From: Eledone cirrhosa
Lineage: Eukaryota
DNA length: 64,000 nucleotides
Direction of reading: 5' to 3'
NCBI GenBank assembly: GCA_964016885.1
Contig: OZ024740.1
Coordinates: 9,548,001-9,612,000 of the forward strand
The translations under genes and the position numbers were made by a program. This document shows positions 48,481 to 60,841 of this stretch, in pieces; within the stretch, counting starts at the first letter, position 1, and each line of letters begins with the position of its first letter. Under the pieces are notes generated by a model, which saw only the letters and a list, made by a program, of their open reading frames with translations, was not told where the DNA came from and did no database searches.

Positions 48481-50222
48481 ATGGACGGAATTTTCACATC
48501 TCATCCTAACGAGAAAGCCACGCCCCCTAAGAAAGGTGATACAGAGAAGCTAGAAGCACAAGGCTCTAAGTCTTCCCTCCTCACTTCTGCAAAAGAAACA
48601 TGGAACACGGAATTAAAAGAAAAATTTGTAAAAATGGGTGAAAACCCAGAAAGTCACATAAACGCAGACAAAAACAACAATGACAATAACAGCAATAGTC
48701 ACAACACTAACCAAGGAGAAAATAACGATAACACCAAACAAAGCGAACCCACTACTGGTGCTTCCTTTGCACAGGCGGTCCGGAAAACACAGACCTGCAA
48801 GCAACTGGACATTACAACTCTGAGAGAAAAGATGAAGGAAGCAAAACAGTATGTAACTTTCAAAGAAGGAGGAGACTTCACAATCACCTCCCCACAAGAA
48901 ATCAAAAGAGACACGACACTAAGAACGATATCTTTCAGTACAATTTCCAACATAACAAGGAAACCAGCTCAATTATCCCCAAAAGAAATTGACCTGGTCC
49001 TAAAAAATGTGTGGAGTGATATATCGTTCATACAAAAAGGGCCACTCTATGGGAATATAACGGTGCTAATGAAGGATCAATTGACGGCCAGGAAATACTC
49101 TGTAGCGCCAATTGTTTCCAAGCTACACACATTTTTCCCCACATATTTAGGGAAAAGAACGCAGAAAATAAAAGTCTCCGGAATCCGGCCAAATGCATGC
49201 ATTTCCTGGGTACTAACAGGATTTTTAGAAGACGAGGACGGAATCCTCTCAGTAGGAGAAGTCACCACAGACGTTTTCGGCGGTTTGAGCGTGGAGGTTC
49301 TGGTCCAAATGAGACCAGAACGAATAGCTAGAATACGACAGAGGGTGTCCCTCGATGGAGAAACATTTATATACATTTCAGCCGAGGGTAGGAGGCCCAT
49401 ATGTTACTACTGTTCAAGCAGGGGTCATCTAAGGGCTGCCTGTCCTCAATTGACAAAAAAAAGGCTCTTTTGCCTACACCCCACACATCACCACCGCCAC
49501 CACCACCACCACCTCCACCACCACCACCACCACCACAACAACAACAAAAACAACATGGAAAAATAACACAAGACACGGCCCCACCCAAAACAACTCCCAA
49601 AACACACACAAACACAACAAAACCCCAAAATACACCACTACCCGACAGCACGGACGAAGACCCAGCTGAAACGGCACCTAGTGACGAAGAGGGGGGACCC
49701 TTTCAACCTGTAAAAAGGAAAAAAAGAAAGCACCACTCGAACATAAACGAAACAAACACACAACCACCAACAAAAACAAAACAAACAGAACAAACAAAAT
49801 CCGCCCCACCCCAAAACATAACACATACAACAAAACGTAAGCACACACAAGAACAACAAACAAACACAACACAAATTAAACAGTATACATACATTAACAC
49901 AAATAACAAAGAACTAGTAAAAACAATATACAAAGACCCTTCGGTGGAAACTGAAGGGCAATTCTTTGCAAGCGCGGCCAACAAACCGCATTTAAAAATG
50001 ATAAGACTCCCAATGGACACCTATGCAAAACTAAGAGAGAACTTTCCTGAGGACGTGGTGAAAACATGTACTCGACCCTATAACCGCGTCCTCTTGAAAC
50101 GTTTCCCCACCCACACCTCACCAAACACCCCCACTCCACCACAGAACAACACCCCACCAAACAACCCCTCCAATACGCCCATGAATATTGTGCAACCTGC
50201 TCCTCAGGAGCCGAACAGGTAG
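48481..50222 (+). CDS. Tx1-like ORF1 (gag-like, CCHC zinc knuckle), frameshifted
   Basis: CYYCSSRGHLRAAC. The frame changes at the A-run near 49455, joining track ORFs 48406-49566 and 49401-50222. Confidence 0.75.
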
Positions 50223-50243
50223 GTCCTTCCTCTTTTAACCAAC

Positions 50244-53200
50244 ATGGCTGATATAAGAGTTGGGTGTCTGAATGTACGCGGCCTGGGACTGTCTTGGAAA
50301 CAAGGCAAACTTTTAAACGATCTCAGGTCGCATAGAATGGATGTAATGGCTATTTGCGAGTCCAGGATCAGCAGCGAGCACCAACTGGCGCCCCTCTTCG
50401 ACGACTTTGAGATCTTCGCATCTCTCTGTCAACCGGTGGGTGGGGGTGGAGTTGTCGTTCTGCTGCGAAAACACCTGGGCCTCGCCATACAGAAGGTGCA
50501 CCTGGACCCGGAGGGTCGACTGGTGGTTTTAGACGTCGGCAGTAGTGAAAGTGGAGCCCTTAGACTAATAGCTGTGTACGCCCCTTTTTGGGCAGCGCGG
50601 CCGGAATACTTCCAACGTCTGGAAACTTTTCTGGGAACGTCCCGCTCCTTGCTTTCAGTGGGGGACTGGAATGGTATCCTGGATGCACGTTGGGACTATG
50701 TAGGGGCATGTGCCAATAGAGGGGGGTGTAAAAGCCTCAAAAGGTTAATCGGCCGATTTGACCTGGCCGATAGATATCGACTAGATTTTCCGACTGTACC
50801 ACTATGGACGTGGACCAATCGCAGCGGAACATCTAGGTCGTACCTAGATAGGGTCCTAGTTAGAGAGAAGGATAGGGACTCATTTAGCTGTCCAAAAATG
50901 TTCATGGTTGACTATTCGGATCACAAGTTAGTGACCTGCATAGCCAACCTTGATAGAACCCATAGACAGGGACCCGGTTACTGGAAGCTGAACTTCTCCT
51001 TACCGACAAGCAAAGCTTACAGTAAACGGATTAGCACGTTAGTTAAGCAGAGTTTGACAGGGGCAATTGTCAACAACACGTGGTGGAGCTCTCTTAAGAG
51101 AGCAATTAGAATAGAATCGATAGGTTTTAGTCAGGAATTAGCAAGGGATAGGAACAAGACGGAAAGGGAATTAGTAGATAGAGTAGAAGAGGCGATTAGG
51201 AATGGCAATGTAGCCGGCGTGCTGGCATCAAGAATGGCCTTAGACCAGTTCTTTGAGGTGAAGCATGAAGGCTGCGTTGTCAGGAGTAAAATACGTGCTC
51301 TGGGTAATGAGGGAGCCAAAGCTGTGAGCTGGGCCCGAGTGACAGAGGCAAAAAGTGGGAACAAGTCCACGATTCGGTCTTTGAAGGACCAGGATGGGCG
51401 TGTGATCCTTGAACCTGGCCAGATGTGTGCGGCCTTTCAGCGGCACTTTGCACGACTGTTCGAGAGGGGCGGCGCGCCGGGTGATACTATGGATTTCAAT
51501 CCATACCTCGACGGTCTGCCGCGCCTCTCGGACGCGGAGGCGAAGTCCTGCGAAAGGACGATTTCAGCTGCTGAGATAGGGGCGGCGCTGAGCCAATGCG
51601 GCAAACGCAAATCCCCGTGTCTCGATGGTCTACCATACGAGCTATATGTAGCGATGCCGGACTTGTTCTCCGATATCCTCGAAGCGGTCTACTGCAACTG
51701 GCAGCAGAACGGGAGAATTCCCAGTTCTGTGACCAAGGGCGTAGTTACGCTGGTGAGGAAGGATGAGAACAATGGCGATGACATAAGTAACTTCAGGCCT
51801 ATAACTCTGCTAAATACAGAGTTAAAGATTTTGGCCAAGGTGTTAGCGAAGAGGTTGGCGCTTGTCGTGGGCAACCTGGTGGGAGAAGCGCAGACATGCG
51901 CAATCCCGTCCAGGTCCATTCACGACAATCTCCACCTTATGCGATACATCATAGAGAGGGTAGGGAATGAACCCGGCTTTGGTGGGGCCCTGATCAACTT
52001 GGATCAATCTAAAGCTTTCGATAGGGTTGACCATCGTTACCTGGATGCGGTGCTCGCGGCGGCAGGCTTCGGCCCCGTTTTCAGGGGTTGGATTGCTGCG
52101 ATGCACAGCAGCAACGTCTGCTCAAGGGTCAAGGTGAACGGCCACCTCTCGGAGCCGTTCCAAATCATGCGATCCATCCGACAGGGATGCCCTCTCTCCT
52201 CCCTTCTGTATGTGCTGGCTCTTGAGCCACTACTGCGGAAGTTGGAGCGGTTGCAGGGCATCCCTTTGGAACCGGAATTGCAGAAAGCGGCGTCGGCCTA
52301 CGCCGATGACGTGACAGTAATGGTGTCGAGAACCTTGCAAATCGGTGAGATCGGCACCTTACTGGAGGAATATGAAAGGTTTACAGGAGCCAAGCTGAAC
52401 CGGGACAAGTCTGTCGGTTTGCAACTCGGAACATGGAGAGGCAAACCGATGCCCTCCAACGACGTCGTCGGACGCTGGACGGAGGGCCCGGTGAAGCTGC
52501 TTGGGGTCTGGTCCAAACCAGACCTCCAGGTGGAGAAAAACTGGAACGAAGTAACGGCCAGGGTGTTTGCACTCGCCCAGAAGTGGGCCCAGTGCAAACT
52601 ATCCCTGAAAGGTCGAGCGGAGGTGGCGAACGCTTATATAGCATCCGTCATCTACTACCGCTTGACCGTCCTGCCTTGCTCAGTGAAAAGACTCGCGAAA
52701 ATGGAGTGCGCGCTGTTCCAATTTCTTTGGAACAAGCGGACCCCTTTGGTGAGGAGATCCATCTGCTGTCAACACCCTTCGAAAGGAGGGCTGGGGATGC
52801 CGTGGCTACAGATGCGTAAACACGCATTAAGGCTACGGCACCTCCAGGTATTCTTCACCGGTCAACCGGTGTTGGCCCCGTTTGTGAGGCGAGCCTTTCC
52901 CAGACTCGTCTCGCTCACCGAGCTTCAATCCTGGGTCAAGCAAAGACCGAGAAAAGTGGGCGACTGGCACATTGAATGTGCCCAGGCGCTCACGGCCCTC
53001 TGGAAAGCGGACCCGGCAATCAGTGGAGACTCCACCTCGACATTCTATAGAGGGTTGGTACGCAGCAGGTGCGACGATGCTCTCGGAGAAGCTCTAGGCT
53101 TGGAGGAAGATGAACTGGCCAGTCTGTTCGGTAGGACGTTTGGCCCTGGACCGATGGACAACTTCCAAAAGTCCCTGGCTTGTCAGTGCTACCGAGGGGC

Positions 53201-53677
53201 TCTACCCGTTCGAGACAAGCTCCACAGGCATGGGAGCCTGGGTAGGGATCCTTTGAATAAGATCTGTCCGAGATGCGTGCATGACGACGAAACCGTTGCG
53301 CGCGCATTCGTACACTGCCCAGGCATTGCTGACCTGTGGGGCTATGTGGAACGACTACTGTTGAGGGTGGGACCAATCCGGTTGACCACCGCGTCCATTG
53401 TCACGATCAAACCCCCCCCCCCCTTTCAAAAACGAAGGCGGTTTTTCTCTGTGTGATAGCCATGGCTAAAGAAGTTGTATGGTGGACGAGGCTGAAACGG
53501 CTGAGGTCAGACACCTTTTTCTCCGGCCAACAACTGGTCCCCTTTTTCAAATACCATTTTAAAAGAAGGATCAGAATGGAGAGAGAGGTGCTCTACCCCA
53601 GCAAGTTTTATGAAAGGTGGGTGAAAGAAGGGAGAATGGCCAGAGTGATTGGGTCTTCTCTCTATATCAGCCTGTAG
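50244..53677 (+). CDS. Tx1-like ORF2 (APE + RT + C-terminal zinc finger), frameshifted near end
   Basis: GCLNVRG, ICESR, GDWNG, YLDRV, SDH; DQSKAFD, QGCPLS, YADD; CPRC...ET...C. Frame shifts in the C-run at ~53412-53423. Confidence 0.9.
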
Positions 53678-53915
53678 GTGAAAGAAGAGGAAAAAGAGGA
53701 GACGAGGGAAGCACCTACTCTTTGTGCTCCTGAGGAGAAGGGTTGCACATTTTTTCCGGGGTGTGTGCGACCCATGTTAATGCCCCCTCCCTATTGAGGA
53801 CTTCGTTTGTTGTTGTTATTTCATTGTTATATTTTTGTACTCGTTTATTTATATATGTAAACTTCCCCCCTTGTATCTGTCCCTACCTTTTGTGCCCTGG
53901 TGGCAAATAAAGAAA

Positions 53916-54460
53916 TTACTCTATAGATACTATTGTATTTTCACAGTAAAGTTTTTATCTCACATAATATCTCACATACCATTTACATTACTCTATATAT
54001 ATTATTGTATTTTCACAGTAAAGGCTTTCCCTCACATAATATCTCACATAACATCTACATTACTCCATATATACTATTGTATTTTCACAGTAAATGCTTT
54101 ACCTCACATAACATTTACATTACTCTATATATACTATTGTATTTTCATGGTAAAGTTTTTATCTCACATAATATCTCACATAACATTTACATTACTCTAT
54201 ATATACTATTGTATTTTCACAGTAAAGGCTTTACCTCCCATATCTCACATAACATTTACATTACTGTATATATACTATTGTATTTTCACAGGAAGGGCTT
54301 TATCTCACATAATATCTCACATAACATTTACATTACTCTATATTTACTATTGTATTTTCACAGTAAAGGCTTTATCTCACATAATATCTCACATAACATT
54401 TACATTACTCTATATTTACTATTGTATTTTCACAGTAAAGGCTTTATCTCACATAATATC
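53916..54460. repeat. AT-rich minisatellite, right part
   Basis: Same unit as 47921-48271. Confidence 0.9.
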
Positions 54461-54735
54461 GAATCTATGAAATTTTGATGTTATTTATTTTGAGAACAAT
54501 ACCTTAACATCAGTATGAGTGGCCAGTTAGGGTCAGTTTGAACAGAATGAAGGGAGATAATTCTGGCTGGATACGGCCGGTTTAAATGCTAAAGAGTTAA
54601 CGTGTATTATTTTTATTTTAGTTAACGTCGATCATAATAACTGATTATTCAATTACTCTTTCTTGTTTTCCTCTTTTCCTGTCGAATGATTCACACCTTA
54701 TTTTCCTCCACCCACCCACCATAATAATGTGTGAA

Positions 54736-54880
54736 GGCACATGGCTTAGTGGTTACAGCATTGGGCTAGCAATCGAAAGGTTGTGAGTTCAATTCTCGGA
54801 CCAGGTGATGTGTGGTTTCCTTGAGCTAGACACTTTATTTCACATTTATTTCCAGTTTACTCAGCTGTAGAAATGAGACT
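54736..54880 (+). mobile_element. tRNA-derived SINE, second family
   Basis: A-box TGGCTTAGTGG, B-box GAGTTCAATTC, core-like CCTTGAGCTAGACACTTT. Confidence 0.65.
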
Positions 54881-55319
54881 GGGGTCCTATCATTAAATTA
54901 CCCAAGACACCTCCAACGAGATATATCTTGGAGGAGGCCAGCTAAACCTACATTGGTGTGAGCTGCCACACACCCGCCACAATTAACCCCAACTTGACCG
55001 ACATCACTGTCAAGTTAAGAACATATGGCGGAACCTTAAATACGTAATAATCATTCCAAACACCATCTTAATAATGAGAAATTTAATTATATTAATTACT
55101 AAATTCCAACAAGTCCTTTCTTATTTTGAAAATGATGTGAAAATCCCAGACAGTGCCTCTTATTAGAAAGGTGCCAATGAAAGGGTTAACAATATTTTCG
55201 TCCTAACTATTATATTTATTCACAGTCAGCATCACACTTCTCCTCCTGGCTGCGGAAGTCATCATTTCTATATAAAATAAAAGATGCCTATACTCTACAA
55301 TGTGGAATCCAACCATAAT

Positions 55320-55361
<42 letters not shown>

Positions 55362-55371
55362 AATGAAGAAA

Positions 55372-55738
55372 TTCAGTCGGAAAGGTACAGGAAAAAAGAG
55401 TGCTCTATGTCGGTTACAGTTGTTGTTTATTACATAACTATATATATATATATTTAGTTATGTAATAAACAACATAAGACAATTATTCCATTTACCAAAG
55501 GTTTCACGAAGATAGACGAGCTCGATACAGACATCTGAAATCGGTCATCAGAATGAAAAACTTTTTAATATGGGCGTTTTCATTCTGAGGAGCGATTTCA
55601 GCCGTCTGTGTCGAGCTCGTCTGTCTTCGTGAAACCTTTTGTAAATGGAAGAATTGTCTTATGTTGTTTATTACATAACTAAATAGCTCTGTAGCTTACA
55701 TAGAGCACTCTCCTTTCCTTAACCTTTCCTACGGAAAT
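55372..55738. repeat. Nested inverted repeat, probably Penelope-derived
   Basis: Arms mirror around ~55561-55576, with a smaller internal palindrome at 55421-55473; flanked by TA/TG microsatellites. Confidence 0.8.
55486..55559 (-). ncRNA. Minimal type I hammerhead ribozyme-like motif (mirror copy at 55578-55650, +)
   Basis: Minus strand TTTCATT-CTGATGA-[stem II]-GAAACC-TTT-GGTA^AATGGAA. Stems I and III pair; the first pair of stem II is imperfect. Confidence 0.55.
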
Positions 55739-55778
55739 ATATTATATATATATCATATATATATATATATATATATAT

Positions 55779-55905
<127 letters not shown>

Positions 55906-55999
55906 GGTAAACAGAAATAACAAAATAACAACACAATCGGTACAGTATATGGAAGGGATATATTAGGTTAACGCTTGATATATATATATATATATATAT

Positions 56000-56479
56000 T
56001 GCAGAGCACTAGAAGTCGATGGAAACCGCGGAGTGGGGAGACCCAAGATGACCTGGGATGAGATGATAAAAGCCGACCTTACCCAATTACACCTCTCAAA
56101 GGCAATGACACACGACCGTGACCTCTGGCGTCACGCAGTAATACAGAGTACCCGACCACCCATGGGTACAAGCTGAAGCATATAGACAATATGCCCCCCC
56201 CCCCCACCGCAAGGTGGTTGTGGAGGTGCCACGGCAAAAAAGCACCCAGCCCACACTGTAAAGTGGACGTGTAGGCGCCACGAAAAAGCACCCAGCACTC
56301 ACTGTAAATGAGGTTGGTGCTAGGAAGAGCATCCAGCTGTAGAAATCAAGCCAAATCAGTTCCTGTATGAGCAAGGCATGGTCAGCCGACCAGACACTGC
56401 CCACAACAGGACAACCCGTCTAACCCATGCTAGCGTGGAAGAACGGACGTAAAACGGTGATGATGATGATGATGATGAT
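56000..56479 (+). mobile_element. 5'-truncated RTE family A inserted in (TA)n
   Basis: Matches the family A 3' end; (GAT)n tail followed by ATATATA. Confidence 0.95.
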
Positions 56480-56781
56480 ATATATAATTGTTAGACAATC
56501 GCCACGGACGAATGTGAGAAAGTGCTCCAGGAAAGTTAACCAGGAATCTTTAAAAACCTTCCCCCGAAGTTAACAAACAACTTACTAGATTTACAAAACC
56601 AAATTGTAAAATCATAATATAAAATTAAATTATTTAAAACTACAAGTTCTAAACAATTTTTAAACTATACCTAACTGTACCAAGGATCTGACACATTTTC
56701 ATATTTATATATTTATATGCACGCAGATATACATATACACACATATTCATATACACACTTCTCTCTCTCTCTCTCTCTCTC

Positions 56782-56882
<101 letters not shown>

Positions 56883-57056
56883 GATAACAATGATCGTTAT
56901 AGGTAATCCAGTTGACCATATTATTCTTCACTCTTTCACTATATATATATTTCGTTGACAAATATATCAATATGCCCAGACATGTAGATATATTGCCCTT
57001 GGTATGACAGTGTGGGTTTAGCTCAATGTAGGATAACTAGTATACTACAGAGCCAT

Positions 57057-57910
57057 TATAGTTATAGGAATAACCAAAGAGTGCTTAGAAATACATTGTT
57101 TTATTAGCTAACGGTATTTCATCCATACACCATGGCAGGAATCTTCAGAGCCTATAAACATGAGTATATCAGTAGTTGCATGCTCCATCGAGCTGCGTCA
57201 CCAGAACAAGGTTAAAGGACCAGCAGGGGGTCCCGAGGCCAGCGCTATATGGAAAAAGGCAGAATACATGATGTACTTAATGTCATAAAATGGCTTAAAA
57301 ATTTTTAAATTAAAAATTACACAAAAAATGTATCACTTATATGGTGCAATAGATGATAAAGAGGTTGGGAGAGGGTAGCAAGGGATGAGTGAGGGTATTA
57401 CTCAGCATAATCAGAAACAATCAGAAAATATAAGAAAATAACAAAAAAATAATAAAAAAGTACAAAAATACAGGGATAAGAAAAGAGATAAATACAAAAA
57501 TACAAAACAATAAATGAACAAAAAGCCCGGACTCCCCCCCCCCAAAAAAAAAATGATCATGCTGAGTAATACCCTCACTCATCCCTTGCTACCCTCTCCC
57601 AACCTCTTTATCATCTATTGCACCATATAAGTGATAAATTTTTGATGTAATTTTTAATTTTTAAATTTTTAAGACATTTTATGACATTAAGTACATCATG
57701 TATTATGTCTTTTTCCATATAGCGCTGGCCTCGGGACCCCCTGCTGGTCATTTAACCTTGTTCTGGTGACGCAGCTCGATGGAGCATGCAACTACTGATA
57801 TACTCATGTTTATAGGCTCTGAAGATTCCTGCCATTGTGTATGGATGAAACACCGTTAGCTAATAAAACAATGTACTTCTAAGCACTCTTTGGTTATTCC
57901 TATAACTATA
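57057..57910. repeat. Long inverted repeat (~355-bp arms), probably Penelope-derived
   Basis: 57057-57413 mirrors 57554-57910; ends in TA tracts. Confidence 0.88.
57814..57862 (+). ncRNA. Minimal hammerhead ribozyme-like motif
   Basis: GGCT-CTGAAGA-TTCC...GGAT-GAAAC-ACC-GTT^AGCT; the stem II closing pair is non-canonical. Confidence 0.45.
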
Positions 57911-57920
57911 TATATATATA

Positions 57921-60841
57921 TAAACGTTTGTATATGTATAATAAAGCCAAAACAATGCAGGTATGGACATAGAATAAAGAATGCAAATGCAAAAGATATT
58001 GTTGACAATTAGTCTTTTACCTTAGATTTATTTAAATGTCCTTAATTTTCGAGATAATATCTCTTCTTCGGAGGGAAGTAAAGCGGTTAAACCAGTGTTC
58101 TAAATAGCTTGCCAAGTCATGCTGACAGGAAATGGTATAGAGTATCTGTTCTATCTCTAATGTCAAAGAGTTAAGGTTAGGTGGATAAAGAGTAGTCTCC
58201 CTTTAAAAGGTTTTTTTTTGTACATGCCTGTTTAAGTGTGTGGGAGAATGTATGAAGGTGTAAGTATGTGAGTGTGTGTGTGTGAGTGTGAGAAGATATG
58301 TCTATACGTAAATGTGGGGGATAGATGTTATCTCGTGTTAGAACTGGTCTTTGTGTGTGTACGTGTGTGTGTGACAGAGAATAAGTGGTGGTGTAAGCGT
58401 GGGGGGGGGGGGGGGGTAAATATGGGGCTAGAAGCTCTATCAAGTTTTAAATTAGGTGTTGAGTTCTAGTCTATTATTGATTGGTGGTTGTGTTTTATCT
58501 ATAATTAGTGCTTTCTTAATTCTAAGATTGCCGAGGTTTCTTTCCTTAGTTTCTATCCTAACTGTTATTGTTTTGTCGGTGTTTTTGCATTTAACTAGGT
58601 GTTTCTTAAATGAGGAAGCGTCAGTATTGAGGTGTTCTTTTATTCTTATGTGGAGTGGTCTGGTGGTGCTATCTACGTAGAAGTTGCTGCATTTGTCACA
58701 CTCTAGTCTGTATACGACGTAAGCCTGGTGGCATAGGTCTGTGTCGTTGATGGGGCAGTTGGCTAGCCTGCAGCAGTTGTCATGTCTGGTGGAGTGTCTT
58801 TTGGTTAGTTGTCCGCGTAGAGAAGGACCTGAGTGGGCCAGTTGGATATCTAGTCCCTCTCGTCTGATAGCTCTGCGGATGACTGTTGTTGTTTCGTCAC
58901 TGAAGTGTGGGAGCTTCAGGAAGCAAGTGTTAGTGCCTCGGGTGTGGTGTCTTCTGTTCTTTCTGGCACGGTTTGTGGTGGATGTCGTGTATCCGTTCAG
59001 TTTGAGTACTTCCAGGAAATGTGTGGTATGTGTGTCGCGGTCTCTAGCGTCGGTGCATTTGTTCCGGATACGTGTTAGTTCGTTCCTTATGTATCCGAAC
59101 TTAGCGCCGGCTGGGAGGGCCGATCTGAAATGTACGAACAGGTCCCTGCTGGCAGCTTTTTTATAGAAGCAGGTGTGGATGTTTCCTTCCTCTGTTACCC
59201 TGAGTTGGAAGTCCAGTAGGGATAGGGATCCGCGGTCATCGGGGTGTTCCATGATGAACTTTATACTGGCGTCCATGCTGGAGAATGTTGTGTATATTTT
59301 ATCTGCTTCCTCACGGGATGATGTAAGGACGAGTATGTCATCTACATATCGGGTGAAGAATGTATGCGAATGGCAGGTGTTGAGGGTTCGGCATTCTAGC
59401 TGGTTCATATAGGTGATGGCCAGCAGGCCCGATAGGCTGGATCCCATGGGTAATCCTGTTGTCTGTCTGTATGTGTGGTGGTGGAAGGTGAAGTACGTGT
59501 TGTCTACTGTGAAGGACAAAAGCTGGTGCATGTCCGCCGGATGGAGGTCGTAGCAGTGGATCTCCTCTGCTACCACGCAGTCCGTCAATAAATCGACAGC
59601 TGGATGAGCGGGGACTGTAGTGTAGAGGGAGACAACGTCGAGGCTAAAGGCGTATCTATTTAGTTTAAGTTGTTCTGGCTGGAGTTGGTGTAGTCTACGT
59701 ATAACTTCGTCGGAGCTACTGACATGCCCGGGAAAGGTGGAGAGTAGAGGTTTGAGGACCTGGGAGAGGACCCAGGAAATTTTGTATAGGGGTCCTTCTA
59801 TGCTAGAGACGATGGGTCTTATTTGCGTCTTAGTACTATTCTTGTGGGTCTTGATGAGGTGGTAGAAAGTGGGCAGTATGCTATTTCTAGTGGTGTAGTT
59901 GAGCTTAACTTTATTTGGGAGTTGTCTTCTCTTACAGATATCGAACCAGATGGAGTTGGTCTGTTTTTCGATCTGGGCTGCAGTCATGTCCGGGATCTCT
60001 GTATATAATTCATTGTCGCTTAGGTGTTCAAAGGCTAGGTTGTTGTATGTGGCTTGAGAGATGACGCAAAACTCTTTACCTTTGTCGGATGGTAAGTATA
60101 TAAGTTCCCTATTCCGTAGGTTCTTCAGGGCGAGTTGTGGTGTCCTGGAGAGGTTTGGGGCTATCTTCTTCTGTTTCCGTAAGATGTTAAATACGGAATG
60201 TTTTAGCCTCGAGGGTTTTTCTTCAAGCTCGCGGTTGGCAGGCGGTGGACAGAGTGGGCGATCCAGTTGGTATATCGGGAATCTGGGTTTGTTAGATTCC
60301 GTGGTGTTGTTGCCGAGAGTCGATATCCATTTTAGTTGGTAGGCAGCCCGACAGAAATTCGTTTCTATGTCGAGCCATAATTTGTCGTCCAGTCTCTGTT
60401 TCAATATGAACTTGGGACCCAGGCTGAGGAGGTCTAATTCCTCTCGGGAGAGGGATCCTGTCAAGTCTGTGACGAGGTGTTTTGCGTCAGGTGTGTTGTT
60501 GGTCGGGGCGCCGCTAGGTTCGGTGTTGGTACCATCTTGTTCGCCTCTGTTGGTACTTAGAGTTGGGATGTTGTTAAGACGGTTAGCCATTTCCTGTCAG
60601 CATGACTTGGCAAGCTATTTAGAACACTGGTTTAACCGCTTTACTTCCCTCCGAAGAAGAGATATTATCTCGAAAATTAAGAACATTTAAATAAATCTAA
60701 GGTAAAAGACTAATTGTCAACAATATCTTTTGCATTTGCATTCTTTATTCTATGTCCATACTTGCATTGTTTTGGCTTTATTATACATATACAAACGTTT
60801 ATACCTCATTACACAATGCTTCAAGTGAACTATAACCTCCT

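Larger units (their letters stand above)
48272..53915 (+). mobile_element. Near full-length Tx1/L1-clade LINE
   Basis: Two ORFs (zinc-knuckle ORF1; APE-RT-zinc finger ORF2); 3' end AATAAAGAAA. Confidence 0.92.
47913..54596. mobile_element. piggyBac-type non-autonomous element (MITE) with internal minisatellite, split by a Tx1-like LINE
   Basis: TTAA|CCCTTTAGCATTTA ... TAAATGCTAAAGAG|TTAA (14-bp TIR, one mismatch, TTAA on both sides). Confidence 0.75.

Noticed and set aside
54983-55189. Second TTAA MITE (TTAACCC ... GGGTTAA)
   Set aside because: The inverted match does not extend beyond the terminal 7 bases; probably a one-ended relic.
58030-58085. Hammerhead in Penelope 1 pLTR (minus strand CCGAAGA-A-GAGATA-T-TATCTC-GAAA)
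   Set aside because: A core-like motif and stem II are present, but stems I and III could not be paired convincingly.
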